A DNA stretch of 64,000 bases from Azolla caroliniana. Its lineage: Eukaryota > Plantae > Polypodiophyta. A program made the position numbers and the translations under genes. Every line of letters begins with the position of its first letter. The first letter of the stretch is position 1. The DNA is taken from positions 18,326 through 82,325 of the forward strand of contig JBHGNT010000110.1 of the NCBI GenBank assembly GCA_043228905.1, in the 5' to 3' direction. The notes below the pieces were generated by a model. The model was given only the letters and a program-made list of their open reading frames with translations. It did no database searches and had not been told where the DNA came from. This document shows, piece after piece, positions 23,461-34,159 of the stretch.

Positions 23461-24912
23461 GGTTTTCTCCGGTATTTGTCTCTCTTGGCGCATACCGGTG
23501 GATGTGCGGTTTGGTGGGGGTGGATGCCGTGAAGAAAACCGGCCTAAGGAGGAATTAAGGGATAAAGTGTGTGAACCAACTCCTTTACATGGGGACGCAT
23601 ACATGTTGTCGGGGTGGGGGGTGAAGCCTAGAATGGCTTCACCCCCCTCCCAAGGGGGTTACGATAGAGAGAGAGAGAAGGAGAGACTGAAAATAAGAAT
23701 GACACCAAAATAAGAGGAAAAAAGTGTATATCTCATTACATGCCCATAAGGGGTTTATATAATACATCCAATTTAACGGTTACATGACCGTTATAAATAA
23801 GACCGTTACACATTCTTGTACACATGCACATAATTGTGCATGTGTCCATACACATACTCACACACTCATTTACTTTACACATACACATCAACCACATCAT
23901 TACACCTACCCTTATGCCTCCCCGTATATTCTTACGGGTAGGGTAACACATGGCACGCCTTGTGGGACAGTGCATTGCACGGTGAACCCACTCGCCATGG
24001 CAACTCTTCTCGACCGGAACTCCATCGGTCGTCTCAACGGTCGGAAATCCCTCGACCGGATCACTGCTCTACGATCGATAACTTCGATCGGAGCTTTGCT
24101 TAACTCGAACCTTCTTGTTCGGTCAGCACAAGTCGCGATTGGATCATACACCAATCGGCTAGTTCAATGTGGCATGGGTCATGAAATCATTTTGTGCGTT
24201 TGTGTATTTGTTCTTTCATCATGTGAGTTGTGTTTTCGAAATTTCATGATTTGTACCACTTATTTTTTGAAATTCTAGTTTTTACCCTCATGGTTTTAGA
24301 TTTTTATTTCTGCCCTCCGGTTTTGGAAATCTTCTCTTCTACCCTCGAGCTTCTAAATTTTGATTGTGTGCCCTTGCTTTCATGCAAATTTTCGTTGTGT
24401 ATCCTTCGCTTCTTTCGTTTCCTCTCTTTACCTTCCTTTTCTCTTGTCCTCTTTTTTTTTCTTCTCTCTTCTCTGCATCTGACTTCTCTTTTTCTCCTGA
24501 TTCTGATTTTTCTTCGTTCTTTTTGTCTGCGTTCTTCTTCCTCCTATGTCCTCTTTATCCCTTCCTTTCCCCTACTTTGCTTCCCCGTTTCCATCTTGTT
24601 CTCCTCTTTTTCCTTCTCTTTTCTTTCTTCCGTTTCTTCTCCACCTTCATCCGTTTCTCCTTCTTTAGCCATGGCAGAGCTCGGTGGAGCTCTCTCTCTA
24701 CTCTGTCTTGGTCTGTGTCTGTGTCTATGTCTATGTCTGTTTAGGTCGTTTATGTTCGTCGGCCGTCAATCGTGCCTGTCCGTTGGTCATCTGTCGACTG
24801 TCGCCGTCACCGGTTGTCCGACGGCCATCTCTCAGTTCGGCCGGCTGAGTCGTCGGTGGTCGTGTCTGTTCGGCCAGTGTCTTTTTGGTCATCTCTCTTG
24901 GGTGGTTGTTTG

Positions 24913-27537
24913 TGTTAGAAAATAAGGAAAACAATAAAATTGTAAAATAAATAAAATAAACAGTTACGACTCCTTATATGAAGAGTCACATGAATAGGCA
25001 CATGTAGCCTATATGAAAACAGCACACGCCTTTCTCAATTGAGAGAGGAGAACAACAAAAATTAGAAATAAAGAAGTTATCCTTCTTCCCTTCTCTCTTC
25101 CCCTTCTCTATCTCCCTGTCTCTATTTTTCTATATGGTATCAGAGCAAGGTTCCATACACTAAAATTATAGAAAAACAGCAAACAGAATAAAGAAAATCA
25201 CTCTGTAGGCCAAGATTCTAATCTTTTTAAAAGACCTGCACATTCTTGGTTCTGAATTTCTCTTATTCAACCATGGCTGAGGCAACTCCTTCATCATCCA
25301 TATCTTCTCCCCAGTCGGCGTCGGTCCATCCATGAAGAGCAGTTGAGGGGTTTGCCCATCCACACAATTTTGGTTGGATCGACTCCGAATGCATGGATTG
25401 AAAAGTAAGACACAAGTGTTTAGTATGTTTAAGATATCTAAGAATTCTCTTAACCATCTGTTATGAACAATTTCAACTCTCCAAAAACCTCACAAACTAA
25501 ACACCTGCCCATCTCTAACATCGACACTACACCTCCTAGACGCCTTAGAAAACTATCGGACATCTACCGAGAATTAGACGAACTAGAGTGTCATTTTAGC
25601 GATCTTGACACGGGGCATACATCCAACCGTGATGAAGACAGTCCACATACCGATTTCGAAGAGCCCACCAACGTCGAAGAAGCACTTCAAAGCCAAAATG
25701 CAGATCATTGGATAAATGCAATGAAAGATGAAATGCATTCCCTTACCAAAAATAAAACATGGGACCTAGTGAAAAAACCCACCGACCGTAAGATTATCAC
25801 TTGCAAGTGGGTACTCCGAATAAAGTATGACCCCCAGGGACAACCCATTCGTTTCAAAGCAAGACTAGTTGCTAGAGGTTTCACACAAGTACCCGAAATA
25901 GACTTCACAGATACTTTCAGTCCCACACTACGAATAACATCCTTTCGACTACTTGTGGCCATTGCTGCGGCTCAAAAACTTGAGCTTCATCACTTGGACG
26001 TTCAAACCGCGTTTCTACATGGTGACCTCGAAGAAGAAGTCTATATGGCGCAACCCCCCTATTTTCAAAATACACAATTTCCAACACACGTTTGCAAACT
26101 TCGGAAGTCCATCTACGGCCTACGACAATCACCTCGAGCCTGGTACTATCGTCTCCACACCTTTTTAATAAAATGTGGCTACAGTAGACTGAAAAGTGAA
26201 CCTAACATCTATCTTAGAAAATCAGCATCCAACTTCATCATATTAGGAGTATATGTAGATGATTTTCCTTTACTATCAAATTCTCTATCTTATTTAAGTT
26301 TTTGTAAACAAGAGTTGAAAACAGTTTTTCCTATCACAGATCTTGGACCCATGACCTATTTTCTAGGAATAGAAGTAAAAAGAAATACAAGTCTAGGACA
26401 AATATCACTCTCACAATCTCGATACATTGATAATATTCTAAAGCGTTTTAACATGGAACATTGCAAACCCATATCTACCCCACTTCCTACCGCACTTAAG
26501 TTGTCCATTGAAGATAGCCCAAAATCAATCATAGAAGAAACTGAAATGGAAAACATTCCCTATAGACAAGTAATAGGCTCCATACGATATCTAGTTAGTA
26601 GCACGAGACCAGATTTATGTTTTAGTACAGGATTACTATCACGCTTTATGACGAACCCTGGCCCCAAACATTGGCAAGCACTTAAGAGAATTCTTAGATA
26701 TTTTAAACATACTAAACACTTGTGTCTTACTTTTCAATCCATGCATTCGGAGTCGATCCAACCAAAATTGTGTGGATGGGCAAACCCCTCAACTGCTCTT
26801 CATGGATGGACCGACGCCGACTGGGGAGGAGATATGGATGACCGAAAATCCACAAGTGGCTACGTCTACACTTTTGCCGGAGGAGCAATTGCGTGGAGAT
26901 CGAAAAAACAAGCTACGGTTTCACTATCTTCGACAGAAGCCGAATATGTTGCTGCTACCCTAGCTGCAAAAGAAGGAATTTGGCTAAAGGCCATATTAGA
27001 AGAAATAAATTTTGCTGAAGAGAAACCAATAGAAATCTACTGCGACAATCAGTCATGCTTAAAATTGGCAAGCAACCCAAGAATTAGCGACAACATACGT
27101 CACATATCTTTCAAGCACCATTTCTTAAGAGACATGCTTGAAGAAAAAAAGATCAACATAAAGTTTATGCCATCAACTTTGATGTGGGCAGATTTCCTAA
27201 CAAAGCCAGTAGCAAGTCATAAACATCTACAATGTTGCAAAAATATCGGACTACTCAATCATACAAAAACCGAAGATAAAAGCTTGGAATTTTGATTATT
27301 TTCCTTAGGGAGGAGTGTTAGAAAATAAGGAAAACAATAAAATTGTAAAATAAATAAAATAAACAGTTACGACTCCTTATATGAAGAGTCACATGAATAG
27401 GCACATGTAGCCTATATGAAAACAGCACACGCCTTTCTCAATTGAGAGAGAAGAACAACAAAAATTAGAAATAAAGAAGTTATCCTTCTTCCCTTCTCTC
27501 TTCCCCTTCTCTATCTCCCTGTCTCTGTTTTTCTATA
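24913..27537 (+). mobile_element. Short Copia element E (RT-RNase H only), LTR ends TG...TA
   Basis: 222-bp near-identical LTRs 24913-25134 and 27316-27537; TSD GTTTG; PBS TGGTATCAGAGC 25135-25146; PPT AGGGAGGAG. Confidence 0.95.
25463..27295 (+). CDS. Copia RT-RNase H, 610 aa
   Basis: HHLDVQTAFLHG, VYVDD and WTDADWGG motifs; open frame; gag/PR/IN absent. Confidence 0.85.
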   Translation: MNNFNSPKTSQTKHLPISNIDTTPPRRLRKLSDIYRELDELECHFSDLDTGHTSNRDEDSPHTDFEEPTNVEEALQSQNADHWINAMKDEMHSLTKNKTWDLVKKPTDRKIITCKWVLRIKYDPQGQPIRFKARLVARGFTQVPEIDFTDTFSPTLRITSFRLLVAIAAAQKLELHHLDVQTAFLHGDLEEEVYMAQPPYFQNTQFPTHVCKLRKSIYGLRQSPRAWYYRLHTFLIKCGYSRLKSEPNIYLRKSASNFIILGVYVDDFPLLSNSLSYLSFCKQELKTVFPITDLGPMTYFLGIEVKRNTSLGQISLSQSRYIDNILKRFNMEHCKPISTPLPTALKLSIEDSPKSIIEETEMENIPYRQVIGSIRYLVSSTRPDLCFSTGLLSRFMTNPGPKHWQALKRILRYFKHTKHLCLTFQSMHSESIQPKLCGWANPSTALHGWTDADWGGDMDDRKSTSGYVYTFAGGAIAWRSKKQATVSLSSTEAEYVAATLAAKEGIWLKAILEEINFAEEKPIEIYCDNQSCLKLASNPRISDNIRHISFKHHFLRDMLEEKKINIKFMPSTLMWADFLTKPVASHKHLQCCKNIGLLNHTKTEDKSLEF

Positions 27538-28483
27538 GTTTGGCCATACTCTCGGCCGCGCGTCTCAGCCGTCGTTTTTCGGCCATCACTTGGCCGTACT
27601 CTCGGCCATCCGTCTCGACCGTGTGTCTCGGCCGTTGTCGTAGTGTAAGTTGCACACTATGTGGAAATTATATTTTTGTCCCTCCGGATAGAGAATGGAG
27701 TGCTCGGTGAGAACCGGAAGAAAACGGCATACCGACAAGGAGGAAAACGGCATACCGGCAAGGAAGAAAACGGCATACCGGCAAGGAAGAAAACGGCATA
27801 CCGGCAAAGAAGAGACATAAATGTAAAAAAAAAAGGGGAAATACTCACTACTGCGCAGGGCGTGATTCGAACTCTGCACCTCCACGTTGACAAACCCCAA
27901 CCTTACCATTACATTAAATTATCTTAAGTGTTTTAAATATATATTTAATAGGTATAAGACCTTTATTTATGCATACCTTTATTAAAAGGTAAATCGTGTA
28001 TTTTTTAATATATGAAAAAAAAGAAAAGAAAAGAAAAACACGAGACACTAAAAAATAACTCATGCACATCTAGCGTGCATGAGCCCTATACTTAGGAAAT
28101 AAAAAAAAAGCATCACATACACATTTAGTGGACATGAACACTTTTTGTAAAAAAAAAAAAAAAAAGCATGAAGCCATGCTTAGCTCTTCCTCCCTTATAT
28201 AAGGAGGAGAGAAATATGTATATGGTTGTTGATTATTTGGATTAAGTATTAATCAATACAAAAATTATTCGTGGGATTCACGATTTATACATCTACTTCT
28301 CTCTTAACACCCTAAGTACCAATTAATATAGTATACTCGTGTGATTCACGAGTTTCTTATCCTTCTCTTTGCTATTTACTCATAATTAATCTCTATCTCA
28401 CGAACTTCTTTCTCCTAGTCCAAGACCTCTGTGGTTCCCACCCGACTCACGCAACGATCCGGAGCCGAAAGGCACGACACAGT

Positions 28484-28500
28484 TGGTGAACCCGACGTGA
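28484..28500 (+). promoter_or_regulatory. Primer-binding site, tRNA-Trp type
   Basis: Complementary to the plant tRNA-Trp 3' end as I recall it; same 17-mer on the minus strand at 47147-47163 and 50712-50728. Confidence 0.75.
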
Positions 28501-28517
28501 AGACGGGTGGCAAGGAG

Positions 28518-30557
28518 ATGGAGGCTCAACAAGCTAACAATATGATGGCGATGTTCGAACGGATGCTTCAAGAACAACGCACGATGTCGGAGATTTCGGC
28601 ATCAGTAGAGCGGCTCGTGCAACGCAACGGGCAATTTAATGGTAAGGATGTGTCGTGATATTTGCAGGACTACAAGGCGGAGATGCTCCGGTGCCGGGCT
28701 CCGGAAGGACTGCAAGTGACATCCTTTAACCGGGTGGCGACCGACGGGCTTCAAGGGAGTATCCACGGGTTGCAACAACAAAATCCGACGTGGGAAGCAT
28801 TCGAAGAGGCGTTAAAGACCACGTTTGCCATCGAGGACTCCTCCAAGGCAACGCGGAGGGGATTCGAGGATTGGGTGGAAACGTCAGGTAAGGGGCTGAA
28901 GGTCCTCGAAGTGTTTTCGACATTCGAAAGTCGGTTCGGGAGGTTGTCCGCGAGAGATCAAACTATTCTTGCACCGGACAAAGTCATCATGTTTTTGCGA
29001 GCTGTGGACGTCCGGGACCGGAAAGATCTCGGAGTGCTTCTTGAGGACACGACCACCGAAAGCGGCCTCACCGAAACATGGGAAAGCGTGCGGGATATCG
29101 TCGCGCGGTACACGAAGAGGGGGCAATGGCTTGCCAACGAAGAAAAGAGGGTTTCGGAACCGATTCCGAAACCGAGAACGGGACTGGAAGACCATCAACC
29201 GAGGGCTCGGGAGATTACGGCCGAGAAGGGAGTCGACGCGTCTACGGTGGAGCAGCTGCTGAAGGAGATGGAGAATCTAAAGATCGCGATGGTGAAGAAG
29301 TCGGATGACCGCCCCACAAGCTCCAAATATACGGATCGACGGTGCATATGGTGCGATAGCGCCGAACACGATCGGAGGGATTGCGACGACCATAAGGAGG
29401 CGCTACGACGGGATCTCATCTACTACGAGGGAAACCGGATTCATTCGATGGACTCTCGGAAGCCACTCCGACCGAACTTCCGGAAAGGCGGCATGAAGAA
29501 GGTGCTCGAGGAGGAGTTAGCGGCAAGAAGCAACTATGCGACAACCGCGGGAATATGTGTCGGGGAGTCAACGGGAGCGAAGGCGTCTTTCTGGCCGGAG
29601 GTGCTAGGAAACACCGAGAAAACCGACTCCAACGATATCCGAAACACCGCGGAAGGCGTCCGGGAAGCTACGGGATGGGAGTGCCCTGTCGACAAGAATA
29701 GCATATACGCCCTGTGTCAATTACATGAGGTGTATGTGGACGAGAAACGACGGCGCACGGAGGATGCGGCCGGACCATCGAAGATACTGGAAAGCTGGAA
29801 CTCCGGAGGTAAGGGAAAAGAAAAGGCGACTCCGGCATTCAAGCTCGCCTCGGACATAGAACAACAAACCGACTTGAAAAGAGTGTTCGAGGAAAGAATC
29901 TTGGATAGCCGGGTAGATTTTTCGCTGCGGGAACTACTCGGAATAGCGAAGAAGGAGTTTCACGATCTTCTCGTGGATCTCGTGAAAAGGAAGAGACAAA
30001 GTACGGAGGAAAATGCTCCAAGGGTGAATGCAAATACCGTTTCAATGAACGACACCGAAGTGGAAGGCGAAATTCCGAACTCCCACTATACAAGGCCACA
30101 CTGGGCACGTGCGACTACGGAGACTCCGGTCCGAATCGGCAACATCAAAGAACCCGTGCTAGCATTGATTGATCACGGATCGGAGATCAACTTGATGTCC
30201 AAGGAGTTCTACCGAAAGGGGAAGTGGCCTATAAACACCAACCATGGATGGAAGATTCGGGCAGCCACGAAAACGACAGAAGACCTATTTGCGGCTTGTC
30301 CGGATGTGACGGTAAAGATCGGGGATGTCGAAATTGACCAAAATTTCTTTGTGCAGGATGAGGTTTCACATTCTGTCATCCTCGGCCAACCCTTTATCAC
30401 GGCTTCACGGATGGAGACGAAGGTGCTCGATAGTGGTGCGGCTTTTGCGCGAATTCGGAGCCAAAACGGAGGGAAATCCGTCCAATTCCTAACGGTGCCG
30501 GCAAATCACGAAAGGAACAAGAGGGAACTCTTGTCCCAAGTGAGAATGGATTTTTAA
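28518..30557 (+). pseudogene. Gypsy F gag-protease with one premature TGA (28656-28658)
   Basis: ORFs 28431-28658 and 28662-30557 are in the same frame; CIWCDSAEHDRRDC knuckle; LIDHGSEIN protease motif. Confidence 0.85.
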
Positions 30558-30612
30558 AGCGGACTGTTGCGGAGTGGGGAAGTGATAGTCCGAGAAGCCC
30601 TGATACCCCACA
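30548..30612 (+). promoter_or_regulatory. Putative -1 ribosomal frameshift signal (GGATTTT + pseudoknot)
   Basis: G GAT TTT immediately before the gag-PR stop; -1 frame is open into pol; stem CGGACTGTTGC/GTGATAGTCCG with loop GTGGGG pairing to downstream CCCCAC. Confidence 0.75.
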
Positions 30613-30691
30613 CAGGAAGAAAACTCTCGGAGCAAAACAAGTACGAATCGGCCCGGATGGGGCATCTACGTACACGGCCGTAACTGGAGGA

Positions 30692-33600
30692 ATGAAGAAA
30701 CAATACCGACAAGTGGAGGATAAGTTACGGTCGGCATCAATAATAAAAGAAGACGAAGAAATCGTGGGAGTGATCGAGGAAGTGTTCTATGGGAATACAC
30801 TACAACGGCTTGAAGAGCTTGCGGAAGATAAAAGCCAAGGGAACCGGGTAGTCCCGGTGGAATCGGTCGAGATGTACGAGATCGTTGCGAAAATGGGGCC
30901 GGATGCGCTCCGCAAAGAAGAAGCAATGGTAAGTACGAAATACAAGACCGTGGAGAAGAAGGTGAAACCGGCCGCGGGACCACTACCCGCCGATAGCGAA
31001 CAAAAGAGGAAAGAAGTCTCGGGAGATCCGACACTTCGGAAGACCGTGGATATCGGACATGCCTTCACAGATGAGACCCGGAAAAAACTTCGGATCGGTG
31101 GAGGTGGGTTCCTCTTACAAGAAGAAGAAAAACGGTTTCGAGAGATATTGGAGCAACACGGCAAAGCATTCGCGTTCACATCGAGGGAGATCGGATGCAT
31201 TGATCCAAAGATAGTGGAGCCGATGGTGATTTTCACGATTGATCATGTACCGTGGAACCTGAAGCCGATTCCGGTGCCACGGGCACATATTCCGAAAGTC
31301 ATCGACTTGCTCAAGGAGAAGGTGGCGATGGGGATTCTAGAGCCATCAAGTGCTCCGTACTCAAATCGATGGTTTACGGTTCCGAAGAAGAATGGGTCAC
31401 TCCGATTCATCCAAGACTTGCAACCGGTGAACAAGGTCACGATCCGGAACTCGGGAGTCGGTCCGATAGTGGACGAATTCGCGGAAGCTTTTGCCGGACG
31501 TGCGATATACTCCATCGGGGACCTATACTCGGGGTATGACCAATTCCAACTAGCCGTGGAGAGCCGAGACATCACTACCATGCGGACACCGATAGGACTA
31601 GTTCGAATGTGCACACTACCACAAGGAGCGACAAACTCGGTTGCACATATGATGAACGCGATGAACAAGGTGCTTCGAGATTGCATCCCGGAGATAACGA
31701 TGCCGTTTCTAGATGACATTCCGATGAAAGGATGCGCGGTGGAAGAAAAAGATGAGACTATGGATGATCGGGGATGCCGAAAGTTCGTGGTCGACCATAT
31801 TCATGATTGCGAGAAAGTGTTGCGAAAGCTAGAAGATGTGCACCTAACACTTTCCGGGGAGAAATCGGCATTCGGGCAAGAAGAAATATTGGTGGTCGGA
31901 CATCTATGTGGACCCTACGGCCGAAAACCGTCACCAACAAAGATCGATGCGATTCAAGCTATGAAGGAAGTATGTGAGTCAACATCGGAAGTCCGAAGGT
32001 TTCTGGGTGCGTGTGCATTCTATCACATATGGATTCCGCACTATGCACATATAGCGGACCCGCTCTATCACTTGTTGCGGAAAGGTAAGAAATTCGAGTG
32101 GAAACCGGAACACACTAAAGCCATGAGGAAGCTCAAGAAGACACTATGGAGGGCGGAATCACTTAAGAAGCCAAGCTACGAGCGGCCAATCATAGTAACG
32201 GTTGATACAAGTCCAACCGGTATCGGGTGGGTCATCAATCAAGCCGACTCGGATGGTTCGCGGTATCCGATCCGATTTGGAGCAAAGGTCCTCAACGAAA
32301 GGCAACGCGGATATGCACAAGTCAAAAGAGAATTGTGGGGAGTCGTGTCGGCGATAAAATCGGATCGGGATTATTTGATCGGAGCTGAAGTGGTGATCGA
32401 GACGGATTGTCTTCCGATACTCGGGATGATGCGGTGTTGTACGATACCGGATGTGGCTATGCTAAGGTGGATTGCATATGTCAAGTCACTTAATCCGGAG
32501 GTTCGACACATCTCGGGGAAGGACAACGCGGTAGCGGACATGTTATCGAGGGCGCGGTTTGAAGACGACATAACCGAATCAGATAATGAAGAAGTTTCCG
32601 AAGACTACTTCACGTCAGAACACATATACCGAGTGAACGTGATCCGAGAATTCCGGGAAGAAGAATACGAGGGGGAAACCTTGATGATCGGGAAGATGCT
32701 ACAAGAGGTCGAGGATTCAACCAATGATAAAGAAAGGAGAGCCGAGATCCGAAGGAAGAAGAGGCAAGTCCAAAAGTTCTTCTTGGAAAACGGTTTAATA
32801 TGGAGGACGCCGAAAAGACCGGATGGGATACCACTTCGAGTAGTCGGGACGAAAGAGCAACGAAACCGGATAATGTCCGAGTTCCACGAATCCGATTGGG
32901 CTGGACATCGAGGAACATGGGCAACTTTTGTGAAAATCAAGCAAAGATATTGGTGGAAGAACATGTATAAAGATGTCGCGGAGTTCACAGAAAGCTGCGA
33001 GAAATGTCAAGTCTACTCCGGGGTCCGACACCGAGATGAGCTGCATCCGACATTCTCACCGACAATCAACTTCAAGTGGATGGTCGACATTGTAGCTATG
33101 CCGACCGGGATTGGACAAAAGAAATACTTGGTGTTAGCTCGAGAAGATCTCACAAACCAAGTTGAAGGTCGAGCGCTTCGGAGGAAAACGTGTGCCGCGG
33201 TGTGCCAATTTCTTTTGGAAGAAGTGTTTTGTAGGTACGGCTGCGTAGGACAAGTGATTGCGGACTGGGGAGAACTCGAATCGGACAAAGCTAGGGGATT
33301 CTTCACCAAACATGGAGTTCGGTTAACGTTGACAACGGCCTACAATCCGGAGGCCAACGGGAAGATCGAACGAGGACATAGTCCGATCGTGAAAGCACTT
33401 GCGAAGGCATGCGACGGAAGGGTGAAGGATTGGCCACAAATGCTTCCGTATGCACTATGGGCGGATCGGACGACCCATAGCTCCGTGACCGGTTACATGC
33501 CGGCAGAACTCATGACCGGACAAGCACCGGTAATGCCAACGGAAACCGCAATCGCGACATGGACAATACTACCGTGGAAGGAAGAGATGAGCCGGGAAGA

Positions 33601-34159
33601 ACTACTAGCAGTCCGGATACGACAACTGGAGGGAAGACCGAAAGATGTAGCGGAAGCGTCACGCCGACAACAAGAAGCACGATTCCGGAACAAAAGCCGG
33701 TTCGACACAAAGCACCGACTACGACCGAGGAGGATTGAAGAAGGAGATTGGGTGATCGTCTATGATAGTAGCTTGGACCATCAACATACAACGATGCGGA
33801 AATTCGCGAAAAGGTGGTTCGGGCCGTACGAGGTTCGGAAGGTCTTCGACAACGGGACGTACCGACTGTCCGAGTTGGATGGAACAATACTACGAGTGCC
33901 TATAGCCGGGAAGCGGGTGAAGATTTTCAAGAAGCGGACCGACGACAAACCTTATGTGATCCAAGTCGAGGCCGACAACGAGGAGCAATCGGACGAAGAC
34001 CACAATGATGCGGGAAGCGAAGAAAGTGGATTACAACTCATAGTCGACATAAGGGGAGAATCGGAGGAAGCTTCGGATGAAGACGGATACAAAGAATCAA
34101 GAACTTCGGCACATACCGGAGGATGTGCGGGTTTGGAGGGGGCGAGTGTCGTAGTGTAA
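30692..34159 (+). CDS. Gypsy F pol (RT-RNase H-integrase), 1155 aa
   Basis: DLYSGYDQ, FLDD, VTVDTS, HHCC, DDE and GPY motifs; intact frame. Confidence 0.95.
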   Translation: MKKQYRQVEDKLRSASIIKEDEEIVGVIEEVFYGNTLQRLEELAEDKSQGNRVVPVESVEMYEIVAKMGPDALRKEEAMVSTKYKTVEKKVKPAAGPLPADSEQKRKEVSGDPTLRKTVDIGHAFTDETRKKLRIGGGGFLLQEEEKRFREILEQHGKAFAFTSREIGCIDPKIVEPMVIFTIDHVPWNLKPIPVPRAHIPKVIDLLKEKVAMGILEPSSAPYSNRWFTVPKKNGSLRFIQDLQPVNKVTIRNSGVGPIVDEFAEAFAGRAIYSIGDLYSGYDQFQLAVESRDITTMRTPIGLVRMCTLPQGATNSVAHMMNAMNKVLRDCIPEITMPFLDDIPMKGCAVEEKDETMDDRGCRKFVVDHIHDCEKVLRKLEDVHLTLSGEKSAFGQEEILVVGHLCGPYGRKPSPTKIDAIQAMKEVCESTSEVRRFLGACAFYHIWIPHYAHIADPLYHLLRKGKKFEWKPEHTKAMRKLKKTLWRAESLKKPSYERPIIVTVDTSPTGIGWVINQADSDGSRYPIRFGAKVLNERQRGYAQVKRELWGVVSAIKSDRDYLIGAEVVIETDCLPILGMMRCCTIPDVAMLRWIAYVKSLNPEVRHISGKDNAVADMLSRARFEDDITESDNEEVSEDYFTSEHIYRVNVIREFREEEYEGETLMIGKMLQEVEDSTNDKERRAEIRRKKRQVQKFFLENGLIWRTPKRPDGIPLRVVGTKEQRNRIMSEFHESDWAGHRGTWATFVKIKQRYWWKNMYKDVAEFTESCEKCQVYSGVRHRDELHPTFSPTINFKWMVDIVAMPTGIGQKKYLVLAREDLTNQVEGRALRRKTCAAVCQFLLEEVFCRYGCVGQVIADWGELESDKARGFFTKHGVRLTLTTAYNPEANGKIERGHSPIVKALAKACDGRVKDWPQMLPYALWADRTTHSSVTGYMPAELMTGQAPVMPTETAIATWTILPWKEEMSREELLAVRIRQLEGRPKDVAEASRRQQEARFRNKSRFDTKHRLRPRRIEEGDWVIVYDSSLDHQHTTMRKFAKRWFGPYEVRKVFDNGTYRLSELDGTILRVPIAGKRVKIFKKRTDDKPYVIQVEADNEEQSDEDHNDAGSEESGLQLIVDIRGESEEASDEDGYKESRTSAHTGGCAGLEGASVVV

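Noticed and set aside
28484-28500. tRNA genes at the tRNA-complementary motifs
   Set aside because: Only 10-18 nt matches adjacent to LTRs, i.e. primer-binding sites; no cloverleaf
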